Positions 1-11,923 of a DNA stretch of 64,000 nucleotides are shown here, piece by piece. This DNA comes from Leucoraja ocellata. Lineage: Eukaryota. The notes under the pieces were generated by a model. The model ran no database searches, was not told the DNA's origin, and saw only the letters and a list, made by a program, of their open reading frames with translations. How positions within the stretch are numbered: the first letter of the stretch is position 1; the number at the start of each line of letters is the position of its first letter. The translations under genes were made by a program, and so were the position numbers. The stretch spans positions 992,001 to 1,056,000 of the forward strand of contig JAWMAR010000030.1 in the NCBI GenBank assembly GCA_036785375.1, written 5' to 3'.

Positions 1-2737
1 CATTTCATTCTTCAATTTTGCCTCGTTTCTTAAAAGCTTCACGTCCACAAAATATTCCATCATACATGAAAAAAAAATGAAGTGGCATTGTTCACAATTT
101 ATATACAACAAAAACTTACTCTATTACCGCAGATGAGTTCATAACTTTTGTTTTTATCATTTCCTGATATGATTCATCAGCTTGTTGTGAAATGAAATCA
201 ACTCAAAGAGAGACAATTTCAATATATCGGAATGATGCAAATCAACTCTAGAGATTCCGCTTCATATTTTTATTGCAGCAATTTTTTTTGCTGGCCTAAA
301 GGAGAACTCCTAATAAATGAGTTTATATATTTTGAAGGTATATTTTTCTCCATCTTATGAACCTAATTAAGCTTGAAGAACAACATATTTTCCTAAATGC
401 ATGATAAACAGATCTAGTTACTCAGAAAATATTAGTTTTAAATGGAGCTGATAGATCAGAATTGAAATATTCTGATTTCATCGGTGCAGCAATTCCCAGA
501 CCTGCATTTCAAGTAATTTAAGGACTTCCTTTAGATAGTTTTTCATATTCTTTTAACTGACATTTTATCTTCATTCCGACATCTCACTAGATTACACATG
601 CACTAAGACAATGACAAGTCTTCTTCAGCTGTCACTTCTTATTTTGGATAAGAGGAATGTCTTATACTGGTGCACACCAATAATAGCTGCATCAAAAAAC
701 AGCAGAGACTATCTGCCTCTGATGGAAAGACAGCAATTCACATTTGTGACACTCATTTGTCAATTAACAGAACCCATCCAATGTTGACACTTGGGGCTTA
801 AGAGATGCAGGCTAGTGTGTGATGAATTAAAAAAGACAGATGAGTAAGCTATAAGCTGCAAAGTAATACTATAATGTGCCTTAGATACGAATATCAACTG
901 ACATGTCTGACAGGTCATACAAGGTTTTGTTTTACTTTGCACTGTTTGTGTGCTTCATACTTTGCCTTCTTTGTTCCCTTTTCATCAAGGCCCTAATGTC
1001 TCATTGTGACAGGGGAAGACACTCGAGCTATTTTGTTCCAAATGCAAGTTGCTAAACTTGATCTGTCATCAAAATGCAAAATGGTTCCTACTGTGGTTAA
1101 ATGGGCGAGAGGCCTTCAGAGTTTTGCAGAGATCCACATCATCTGCAAAATGCATCCAACTTTCATCAGCAAATGCAAATAATGATCATACACAGATATC
1201 CATGCAAATAAAATGTACATACATCAATATGCATCCGTAAATATTCATGCTTGTAAATATACATACATGCTCAAAAATAAACAGCAAGCATGCATATTAA
1301 TGATATTTGAACAAGAGCTCTTTGCAATTTGCCCTTTTATTGTATCTTTGTATTATAAACGGTCTTTGACAAAAAGCCAAAAGCTAAGACAGGCTTTTCA
1401 GGTAAAGACATCTAGCATTTACAAAGTTAATGTCTACTTAAGAGTGATAATGTCTTTCCAAGGTTTACATTAATATGCAATGTACACCATCAGAGCTACT
1501 CTGACTGCCAAAGTGATCTCAGCAGGGTTTTTGCTCAGCAGAAAAAAAGTTAAATAATGGTGCTTTCAACAGATAATTACTGGAATGATTTAAATTTTCA
1601 ATTTTAATGCTTTTTCCATAGAAGACGGCTTACATACGCAAGTGAAAATTACTTGATTTTTTTTTCTCCCCTCCCAAGTAACATGGGATCAAACATATAC
1701 ACAGAGACCAGGCATTTCATAAAATTTGTTTAGTTGTCAAGCTGAGTTAGGAATTGGACCAAACATTTTACAATCATTAAGATTTACAAACTCCGTGACG
1801 TGCTATTGAAATGTTATGGCGGAAAGGAACAAACTGAAGTTTTTTTTATGCAAGCTAATTCAACAAAGATGAGTATAATGATCTCGGTATCTCAAAAAAC
1901 ATTCTACATATTGTGCTGTGCATTTCGTTTCACCCTTACAATTTTTGAGTTATTAGCACCTTCGAAACAATCTATTGTTCCAGCGAGAATCTGTAACGGT
2001 CGGCTCTCTTAGAAGTATTTTGTCAAAGCCCAAATCACTCAACCACCTCGCCCACATCACGAATATTTCTATCCTCCTTTGTTTGCTTGTAAACCAATCA
2101 CGTTGAAGAGGCCAACACTTCCATGTACGTTAGATGACAGCTATTTCCACACCAACACTTGACAAGAGTTTCAATTTTTCTTTCACTTTCGACATGTTTT
2201 GTGAGCTTCCACTTCATGCAGCTCATATCAGATGAGTGAAATATATTTCACTACCTGCACCTGTTATTTTTTTAATGTAATATCCATGTAAAAAATATAA
2301 TAGATAAAAAGACAAATACGTATAATAATAAATGCAGACATTTTAACATATGCCTCTTTGTAAGTAACTATATATTTTGTATGTGAACAAGGTCTCAAAT
2401 TTTCAATTACCTTAATAATTGGCTAAAATTACCATGTTAAGAAGGCAGTGTACATAAAAATGATGCTTTAAAAGCATTATTATTTCTGCTACTGACAAAA
2501 TATCTTAATATTTCAAGACCCAAAAAGGTTTGCAGCCAAGATTGCGGGGAAAAAAAAAATGTGGGGTAGAAATATTTATACAGAAAAACAGACGACATAT
2601 TCGATATCCAGGTCCAAGTAGGCGTGCTGTCCCTTGTCGTCAGAGCGCATACGAGGAGGACATGACGATCTCAGGCTTGTCACGGTAGCTCAGCTCAATC
2701 TCAGAGGAGTCAGCATTGCAGAGCACCGTGCCTGGAT

Positions 2738-2890
2738 GGCACAGCGGTGGAGTTGCTGCCTTACAGCACCTGCAACGCGGGTTCGATCCTGACATAGGTG
2801 CTTGTCCGTACGGAGTTTGTACGTTCTCCCTGTGACCTGCGTGGGTTTTCTCAGAGATCTTTGGTTTCCTCCCACACTCTAAAGACTTCA
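2738..2890 (+). mobile_element. tRNA-derived SINE (HE1/V-SINE-like), 3' truncated
   Basis: A-box-like ggcacagcggtggag, B-box gggttcgatcc, core ggagtttgtacgttctccctgtgacc...ggtttcctcccacactc shared with other copies in the window. Confidence 0.8.
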
Positions 2891-2929
2891 TGGTCTGGTT
2901 ATGTTCCAGTTTCGATTTGAACACAAGGA

Positions 2930-3065
2930 TATGTCTGAAGAAGGCTTCCGACATGGAACGTCACCTATTCCTTTCCTCCAGAGATGCTGCCTGACCCGTT
3001 GAGTTACTCCAGCATTTTGTGTCTATCTTCAATATAAACTACCATCTGTAGTTTCTTCCTACACA
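2930..3065 (+). mobile_element. Penelope-like element terminal repeat fragment
   Basis: gtctgaagaagg...gatgctgcctgacccgttgagttactccagcattttgtgtc, the same repeat that follows the GIY-YIG C-terminus at 27607 and 57868. Confidence 0.7.
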
Positions 3066-3439
3066 ATGTTATGTTATATTGGGGCAAGATATCTAACATA
3101 ATGGCAGCTTACATCATCAGTTGAAAAGTACAAATCATTAAATTTTACGGCATTGAGAAATGATGATTAACCCAAGTGGTTTGTAGTGTTTGACGAGGGA
3201 AATAAAGTGAGTTGTTAACCTTAGAAAGGAGGAGCCTACATGCAAAGTGTTACTCAGGCTTCAAAGTCAAAGCTAAACCAAAAGAGTAGAAAAGAATGTA
3301 CATCTGCAGATATTTTCATTACTAAGAAGCTTGCCTCTGTGCTGAAAATTCAATAGCATCACTTTTTATCTGACCCTCTTACCAACAGGTATAGAAATCA
3401 CTCGACGTACACCAAGTTTACTAATGGACAAATTGTTAC

Positions 3440-3660
3440 ATAGCACAATACAGCAGAGGAACGGGCCCTTCAGCCCATAGTGTTTGCCAAGTTAAACTGA
3501 TCAAATCCTCTTCAACATGATCCTTATCCCTCAATTCCTTGCACTTACATGAACCTATCTAAAAGTCTCTCAAGTGCCACTATTATATTTGCCTTCATCA
3601 CCACCCCGAGCAAAGACCTCCAGATACCTACTGTGTAAAGAAAACTGGCCCCGCATAAAA
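3440..3660 (-). mobile_element. CR1/HER1-like LINE 3' fragment
   Basis: ggcccttcagccca...ctatctaaaagtctctcaa, homologous to other CR1 3' ends in the window. Confidence 0.55.
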
Positions 3661-4093
3661 ATATTGCCTTTTGATGAAGAGAAATTCTCTCTGGAACACT
3701 GCCCTGTAAGAATTTTGTATTAGTTTTCTTCCAAGGACTGTTAGTATTCTCCACTTTAGGCAAGGTTGAGTCAGCAGTACTGCCACAGTTTAAATTCCTG
3801 TTTGAGAGATGACCTGTCTGACAGTGTACATTCACTTTTATATTGAAGCATTAATTTGTTCTGGGTTCAGGCCTCAAGTGGGATTGCCAACCTTCTGACT
3901 AGGTTGAGTATCACCATGAAGACAAACAAAGGCATCACGCGTTTCCTGTGAAAACCTGCCATGTCCTCTGGGCATCCCCATGCACTACATTGCACACATT
4001 AACAAGGTCCCCATCAGTTCCAGTGAGATCGTTACACACACCTACCTCCAAAATTGTGGAGGCTATGAATGAGCTGCATGTCTGACTCAGTGT

Positions 4094-4297
4094 TAAGGGC
4101 CAGTCCCACTTGCCGATTTTCTCGGCGACTGCCAGCATCGACCGACTTATCAGGTCACTGAAAGATTTGCGGAAAATGACGAGCGGTTTTTTCAAGTTTC
4201 GCGACATTTCTTTCGTCACCGCTGGATTTTGAAATGTTCAAAATCTTTTGGCGAGACTGATATGATGCCGTCAGTCGGCGAAAAAAAATCGACAAGT
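4094..4297. mobile_element. Non-autonomous DNA transposon (MITE, possibly PIF/Harbinger-like), one end truncated
   Basis: CpG-rich. acttgccgattttc near the left end pairs with aaaaatcgacaagt at the right end. Starts taagggccagtcccact. A related end (aaggggcatgtcccact) occurs at ~60882. Confidence 0.5.
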
Positions 4298-4599
4298 AAA
4301 TCAACCAAATCAGATGATTGCCAGTTCTGCTTGAGACCTGAACCCATAACTTATCAACTCTTCAATAGAACAATGTTTCAATGACAGATGCACCATCTCG
4401 TAAACAAAAAATTAAACTGCGACTATATTTACCTCTTGAGATGGATACAACAGATATTACTTGACTGTTCAAAGGAAGAGCTGTCAGATGTCCTGGCTAA
4501 TATTTAAAAAAGAACATTGATTAAAATGGTTTTTATTTTGCTTATCTCTTGTTGTTTACCCATCATGATGTTCACAAAAGGGACTGCTACTTTGCTTAC

Positions 4600-5060
4600 A
4601 TTAGAATAGTTTATTGTCACGTGCATCAAAGTACAGTGAAAAGCTTTCTTGTTGCATGCTATCCAGTCAGCGGAAAGACTATACATGATTACAATCTAGC
4701 CCTCCACAGTGTACAGATACAGGATAAAGGGGATAAAGTGCATTAAAACATTATTCATGTTTATTAAGGATTAATGTTTAGTGTTTTCTGAGTCATTCAT
4801 CACTGTCACTGTAAGTCATGTTGATACTTGTGGGCGGAGCACCAACGCAAATTCCTTGTATGTGAATACTTGGCCAATAAACCTACTTACTTATAGTCCA
4901 AATAAAGTCAAAAAAAGTCTCCAATCAGGTAGATGGTAGGTCAGGACTGCTCACTTGTGGAGAGGATGGTTCAGTTGACTTATAACAGCTGTGAAGAAAC
5001 AGTCTATGAATCTGGAGGTGTGCGTTTTCACACCTGTACCTCTTGCCTGATTGGAGGGCG
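4600..5060 (-). mobile_element. Rex1/Babar-like LINE 3' fragments (a + strand tail nested at ~4790-4892)
   Basis: ttattgtcacgtg..acagtgaaaagc 3' end shared with 8375 and 57330. Nested gcaaattccttgtatgtgaatacttggccaataaa(ctta)n tail shared with 24410 and 58565. Confidence 0.55.
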
Positions 5061-5654
5061 GGAGGTGGGGAGGGGGGGGGGGGGGGGGGGGGGGGGCAGG
5101 GAGAAGAGAGAAGGGAGTGCATCCTTCATTAAGCTCCTGCACAATTTAATTAGCTGCAGTGGTTTTCTTCGAATTGCACAGGAGTACAAAAAAAAAATGC
5201 TCAGCACGTCAGGTTCACCATTCCGAGTGATCGTGTCTGATCCTGTCCTTCAAGTCAACCGTTGACTGAGATGGCTGATGCCTATAATATTAGCTCAGCT
5301 TGTACTTATAGTTTTGTCACTTCTCGCTGGGAGCGGAGGGTGTACTCAGACTGATCTGCTGAGATTTTTCTCCTGCTCTGAGTTTTGAAACTTCCACATT
5401 CTTTGTCTATCCGCTGGCCCTCCCCGACTGCTCCAATTCACCCATTAACCAAACAACATTGTTTACAGCTTTTATCCCCCGTAATCACACTGGTTTCAAG
5501 CTACCAGACACTTGCCCCAAGCCCCTTCCTCTCTGCAACTCGACAAGTTATTTTGTTTCCTTTTTAGTTCTCACCTGCCGAGTATTTCCAGGATATTCCA
5601 TTTTTCATACTAGGACAAATTCCTTGAGGTGCTACATGAAGAGTGCTTTCAACA

Positions 5655-6435
5655 TTTGGGCGGCAGTGGAGCTCCAGCGCCTGAGACCAGAATTCAATCC
5701 TGACCTCAAGTGCTGTCTGTGTGGAGTTTGCTCATTCTCCCAGTGACCATGTTGGTTTCTTCGATTCGCTCTCTTTTCCCTTCCCCAAGACGCGTGGAAT
5801 TGGAGGTTAATTACTTCTCGAGTCATACATTGTGGAAACAGCCCCTGCAGCCCAACTTGCCCATGTCAACAAAATTTCTACACTAGTCCCATCTGCTTGC
5901 ATTTAGCCCATATCCCTCCACAGTCACCCTATCCATGTACCTGTTATGTTTTTTTAAACATTGTGATAGTACCAGTCTCAACTACCTCTTCTCACAACTC
6001 ATTCCATCTACCTACTACCCTTCATGTAAAAAAATGTCCCTCATGTTCCTATTAAATCTTTCCCTCGCACCTTAAACCTATGTCCTCTAGTTTTTGATTC
6101 CCCTACTCTGGGTAAAAGACTCTGTCCAATTTACCCTATCTATTCCACTCATGATCTTATACACCTCTATAAGATCACCCCTCAACCTCCTATGCTCTAG
6201 GAAATAAAATCCTAACCTGCTCAACCTCTCTTTATAGCTCAGTAGCTCAGGCCCTCGAGTCCTGGCAACATCCTTGTAAATCTTTTCTGCACCTTTTCAG
6301 TTAATTGGCTTCTGTAAAATTGCCCCTAATGTGAGAGCAATGAATAGAGATTGGGATAACACGGAACTAGCATGAACAGGTGATCGATGGTCAATGTGGA
6401 CTTGGTGGTCTGAAGGGACTATTTCCATGCTGAAT
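5655..6435 (+). mobile_element. HE1-like SINE interrupted by an antisense CR1/HER1 3' fragment (~5820-6297)
   Basis: SINE core to ggaggttaatt, which resumes at 6300 as ttaattggcttctgtaaaattgccc. The intervening sequence is the reverse complement of a CR1 3' end. Confidence 0.65.
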
Positions 6436-7672
6436 GTCCAAAATAAAATTACACCTTGTGCTTTTATGTCAAACTTACGAAAGCCCTGCAACAAATGCAA
6501 CAAGACTTTATTATATATTCCAAAACATTATAATCGTCCAATATATAATTTCCTTCTTTGTTGCTTGATGTTCTTTCATGTTTACTTCCTGGTTTTTCAA
6601 TAAACAGCAGACCAAGATACCAGCACACCTCCCATTTTAGATATGTCTTCCTTTCATGCTTAGCTTCTACAGAGGAATCAAATTGGACATCCCCACATCA
6701 TTTCTTGTATTTTCTAAATATGTATTATTCTGTTATTTGCATTAGTTTTGGCAGGGATTTACCTGATAGCATCAGCTAACAAACAATAGACAATAGGTGC
6801 AGGAGTAGGCCATTCAATGTGATCATGGGTGATCATCCACAATCAGTGCCCCATTCTCAGTATTTAATTTACATTCACTGGATCTCAGTAAACATGGTAA
6901 TAATAAATCTATAGCAGAATACCGACAGCAGGTTTTTTTTTCTCACAATTCCAGCAACTACAGTTTCTTGTCTCTATGAAGTCCTTCATCCTGGTTGAAC
7001 TGCACTAATATTATCCTTTCCACGTTGTCTACTATATTATGCCGAGTTAATACTGGTTTCTGTAGGATGTTTCTGAAAAATAGAGGAATATAATGTCAGG
7101 CTTTCAGTAATCAATATCCACCGGGGATATTTCCTGAGCATATTCATGTCAATTGAAAGCAGAATCAATAGCATCAAGGTGTTGATTGGTATCCTTAGTA
7201 CCCAGCTGGACAACATGTTAATCACCAAGCATCGCAAGTAATTCAAACAACTTGGTTCAGACCCTTGAATGATGCAATACCATCCAATTATTTAAGATTG
7301 TTGACAGCTATATGTAATGGCTTTGAATGATAGCTGCCAGCTGAAACCATGCCTCAGGCTGGTAAAAAGGGGAAGAGCTTCCCGTTCTTTGATGCCCAGA
7401 GTTTCTGACTGCATGCTTCAAGCCAGCTTCACATCACCAAATCAATGGCCTGTCTAAAACCACTGGATCAAGCTGGCTCCAAAATAGAGGTTTGTCACCA
7501 AGAGCAGGAGAGCTTCCAGCAGTTCTACGCAGGCTGTAAGATCAAGTTGAATCATGCTTAACCTACACCTCAGCTCTGGAGGAATCTGATCTGATATTTC
7601 AAGTGTTATCTATCTGTTGATATCTTAAATATAATAAGGGGAGGGAAAAAAGGGCATTTATTAATAAATGAT

Positions 7673-8245
7673 TATACCACCTCAGGCAATTGAGGAAATT
7701 CAGAGTGTCTCCGAGGATCCTCCAGTGCTTCTACTCAGCGGCTGGTTTGAGAATAGCTCTGCCCAGGTCTGCAGAGAGTAGTGCGTTTGGCCGAACGCAC
7801 TATGGGAACTTCACTCGCTGGAACTATACATCAGGAGGTGCAACTCATGCCAATAAAATCATGGGAGACCCCTTCCACCCCTGCAACGGACTGTTCCAGC
7901 TGCTACGGTCAGACAAACGCCTCTGTTGCCATGCTGTGAGAACGGAGAGGTTGAGAAGGAGTTTCTTCCCAGAGGCCATTAGGACTGTAAACTCCTATCT
8001 CACCAGGGACTAACTTTTACTGTACCACTCTACTGCTTTTTTTTAAATTTGCTGTTTTTTTTCCCTTTTTCCTTCTGCACACAATATTTAATATGTAAAA
8101 TATGTGATTCTGTTCCATTCTGTTTGTAGTTTGTTTGGTTGTTTGTTTGTTTGTCTTTTTGCACAAAGTCCACGAGCATTGCTACTTTTCATTTCACTGC
8201 ACATCTCGTATGTGTATGTGACGAATAAACTTGACTTGACTTGAC
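7673..8245 (+). mobile_element. Rex1/Babar-like LINE 3' fragment, internally deleted
   Basis: Near-identical to 9221-9613 (LRQLRKFRVSPRILQCFY...RLRRSFFPEAIR). Ends aataa(acttg)n. Confidence 0.8.
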
Positions 8246-8634
8246 TCGCTGAATGTGGGTTTAATCCCCATAAGTCTAAAACTTTATTGCAGGTACCAGA
8301 ATATATTGGCTTCACCGCTCAGTGCAGAAGAGAATATTTTAACAACGTGAGATAATCTAATAATTTAGTTTAGCTTATTGTCACGTGTACTGAGATACAG
8401 TGAAAATATTTGGCAAAATGAAACATTCAACATAGAGGCACCAAAGCTGAAGGTAGATTAAAGAACACTGCACATTGGAGAACAATCTGGTATCTCACAA
8501 AAATCCCTTCTTCTGTGGAAAAAATACCACAGGACAAAAGAATGGAGAGCAACTGGAGGAACTCAGCAGATCAGGCAGCATCTGCGGAGGGGAAGGGACA
8601 GTTGACATTTTAGGTCGAGACCCTTCATCTAGAT

Positions 8635-8852
8635 CAGGGGTTCCCAACCTTTTTTGTCCCTGGCAACTTTGATAGCACATAACAATGTCATTTCAATTAT
8701 TTATGAACAACTAATGAAGAACAGACACCGGTATACCAGAACCAAACACAGTCAGTCAATGAGAATAAATATGTACAAATCCAGAATCAACAAATTTACC
8801 CCCTGGGAAATTCACCCCTGGGGGTAAATTTACCCAAGGATGGGAACCCTTG
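8635..8852. mobile_element. hAT (Charlie-like) MITE with 8-bp TSD
   Basis: TIR CAGGGGTTCCCAACCT / AGGATGGGAACCCTTG (14/16 match). Flanked by atctagat (8627-8634) and atctagac (8853-8860), the NTCTAGAN target typical of Charlie-type hATs. Inserted in a Penelope-like terminal repeat. Confidence 0.85.
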
Positions 8853-8975
8853 ATCTAGACCTGATGCATTCAACCTATCTATTCCCCTCATTATTTTATA
8901 CATCTCAATAAGATTACCCCTCAACCTCCTGCACTCCAAGAATTTAAGTCCTAGCTTGCCCAACATCTCCAGGCA

Positions 8976-9903
8976 ACATGATTGTAAATCTGTGGAATTC
9001 TCTGCCTCAGAGGGCGGTGGAGGTGGGTTTTCTGGATGCTTTCAAGAGAGAGCTAGATAGGGCTCTTAAAGATATTAAGAGTCAGGGGATTCCATTGAGT
9101 ATAAATGGGGATCCTGTGGATAGGGTGAACTGTTTTAAATATCTGGGAGTCCACATCTCTGAGGATATGACATGGTCATCACACGCCTCAGCACTGGTGA
9201 GTAAGGCAAGGCAGCGCCTTTACCACCTCAGGCAATTGAGGAAATTCAGAGTGTCTCCGAGGATCCTCCAGTGCTTCTACGCAGCGGCGGTGGAAAGCAT
9301 CTTGTCCGGGAACATTACCATCTGGTTCGGGAATTGCTCTGCCAAGGACAAGAAGGCTCTGCAGAGAGTAGTGCGTTCGGCCGAACGCACTATGGGAACT
9401 TCACTCACCCCCCTGCAGGAACTATACAACAGGAGGTGCAACTCCAGAGCAAACAAAATCATGAGAGACCTCTTCCACCCCTGCAACGGACTGTTCCAGC
9501 CGCTACGGTCAGGCAAACGCCTCCGTTGCCATGCAGTGAGAACGGAGAGGTTGAGAAGGAGTTTCTTCCCAGAGGCAATTCGGACTGTAAACGCCTTTCT
9601 CACCAGGGACTAACTGTACAGAACGTTTTTCCTTCTATTATTTATTATGTAAAATAATATGCGTGTTATGATTGTGTTTATAATTTGTTTGGTTGTTTTG
9701 TTGTTCCGCGAGCATTGCCACTTTCATTTCACTGCACATCTCGTATGTGTATGTGACAAATAAACTTGACTTGACTTGACTTGACTTGATATGGGGAGGA
9801 GGCAGGAGCAGGGTACTGATTGGGGATGATCAGCCATGATCACATTGAATGGCGGTGCTGGCTCAAAGGGCCGAATGGCCTACTGCTGCACCTATTGTCT
9901 ATC
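8976..9903 (+). mobile_element. CR1/HER1-like LINE 3' end (8976-9090 plus 9788-9903), host of the Rex1 insertion
   Basis: VNLWNSLPQRAVE...FKRELD and the 3' tail gatgatcagccatgatcacattgaatggcgg. An uninterrupted homologue lies at 43648-43845. Confidence 0.8.
9091..9787 (+). mobile_element. Rex1/Babar-like LINE, 5'-truncated, RT C-terminal region with intact frame
   Basis: VDRVNCFKYLGVHISEDMTW...KARQRLYHLRQL...ESILSGNITIWFG...RRSFFPEAIR, then (acttg)n tail. Splits a CR1 3' end between gtcaggggat and atgggg. Confidence 0.85.
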
Positions 9904-10809
9904 TTTGCACTCTTTCCAGCTTGACAAAATCCTTCCTTTAGCTGGGTGGCCAAAAATGAAGACATTACTCCAAATGTGGCCTCATCAACATCTTGTACAA
10001 CTGTATCAGAACATCCCAACTTCTATGCTCAGTACCCTGACTGATGAAGGGCAATGTACCGAAAGTCTTCTTGACCAGTCTATCTACCTGTTTTCAGTGA
10101 ACTAGGTACAGTATCTGCACCCCTAGATCCATCTGCTCTGCAACATTCCCCAGAGCCCTCTCAATACCAATACACCACAATAACAGTGTAAACAGTAATA
10201 ACTCTATATGATCACCCTTCATCCACCTTCAAGAAATAAAGTCCTAGCCTACCCAACCGTTCCATATAGCACAGGACCTCAAATCCTCGCAACATTCTTG
10301 TAGATCTTGTCTGCACTTTTTCCAGCTCAACAACATTTCCCCTGTTGTAGGGTGACCAAAACTAAACACAATACTCCAAATGCAACCTCAGCAAGTACGG
10401 TATGCACATTCGGTTAATAGAATGTCTGCAAAGCCCAATGCGTTTCAGTTAATCAACAAGTCTCCCAAGAAAAACACTTTGGCTCCATTTTCTGAATTTC
10501 TTCCATGGTTTGCATTGTATCTTGTATAGATGAGCCTCAGTTCTCAACTGCACCAAAAAAATCTATTACCGTCAACCTTACACCATTCTTTTATAATTGT
10601 AAATCTTCTATCATACCTGTAATCATGTTGTTCCGATGGAATATGTGTGTGTAGCTATATCATCCTGACCTCTCACTGCACCTTCCTTTCTGTTGTGATG
10701 ATGCTCCGTTTTATGTGCTGTGTCAATTCAAGTCGGTTAGGTCACAAAGACAATGTTAAGTAATGTACCTTGCACAGTTTATTATTGGGTGCAACAGATG
10801 GTATGGGCT

Positions 10810-10972
10810 AAAGATAGACACAAAACACTGGAGTAACTCAGCGGGGCAGTCAGCATCTCTGGATAGAAGGATATTCCTCCTATCCAGAGATGCCGCCTAA
10901 CCTGCTGAGTTACTCCAGCATTTTGTGAACATCCTCTGTGTAAACAAGCATCTGCAGTTCCATCCTACACAG
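10810..10972. mobile_element. Penelope-like terminal repeats in inverted arrangement
   Basis: cacaaaacactggagtaactcagc...gcatctctggatag / ctatccagagatgc...gctgagttactccagcattttgtg. Confidence 0.7.
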
Positions 10973-11700
10973 ATAGCATGGGCTATTAATTTTAACATTG
11001 CGTGGAAATTTTCAGCAAACCATATTTTTGATCCAAATAAATATCTCAATAAAATTACTGGTAAATAAAACAGCTTGTGCGGTATCAAAAAGAAAAGTTG
11101 GCTTTAGGCTATTAAATGAAAGTGAACATCACAACAATCTAGGCAAGCATATTTCATCAGTACATTTGGTTTAAACATTAATTTTCAAAATTTTGCTGGC
11201 AATGTGACTTCATTTATTTTAAAACAAGGGGTCTTGGCTGCCCTGGGAAAGATAAATGAGCAAAAAAATGAACACTAACACAAAATTAATTCCTTTATTG
11301 AGAGTCTTGAACTTAATGTAAAAATATTTAAATATCTTTCAGCAGTAATAATCTTTAACACACTCTTGTCTGAGGCAAAGGATGTAGTTTGAAACTCAGA
11401 AAGACTGAAGATATAATGCAGAGAATGGAGTATGTTGTCAACAGCATCATTCTGCTCCCATGGTTGGGAAGTTAAATATCTCTTTGAGTACTCCCACTTT
11501 AAAGAAGTATAGGGTTTGTCCAAATATCTGGGCTACTGCTCACCCACTGATGCCACTGAAAGTAGCCCAACTGGTAAGTCACCTCATGTTTTTTGTGTGT
11601 GTGGTTGATGGTACTACCTACATAACCTTGCTAATGTAACAATGGTGACTGCACTTCAAAAGTATTGGTTATAAACACAAGCGCCACATGCCAACCAGGA

Positions 11701-11923
11701 AAGATGGACACAAAATGCTGGAGTAACTCAGCAGGACAGGCAGCATCTCTGGAGAGAAGGATAGGGTAACGATTCGGGTCGAGACCCTTCTTCAGACTTC
11801 AGGTCTCGACCAGAGATGTCACCCATTCCTTCTCTCCAGAGATGCTGCCTGTCCTGATGAGTTACTCCAGCATTTTGTGTCTATCTTTGATTTAAACCAG
11901 CATCTGCAGTTCCTTCCTACACA
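11701..11923. mobile_element. Penelope-like terminal repeats in inverted arrangement
   Basis: ~85-bp inverted arms (gacacaaaatgctggagtaactca.. / ..tgagttactccagcattttgtgtc) around cccttcttcagac. Confidence 0.75.

Noticed and set aside
5072-5096. 25-nt poly-G run and the poly-Pro/poly-Gly ORFs over it
   Set aside because: A homopolymer at the end of a LINE remnant. The ORFs are low-complexity artefacts and the run length may be a sequencing error.
8978-9613. 211-aa ORF as a host gene
   Set aside because: It is a chimera of a CR1 C-terminus and a 5'-truncated Rex1/Babar RT fragment, with a LINE tail directly downstream.
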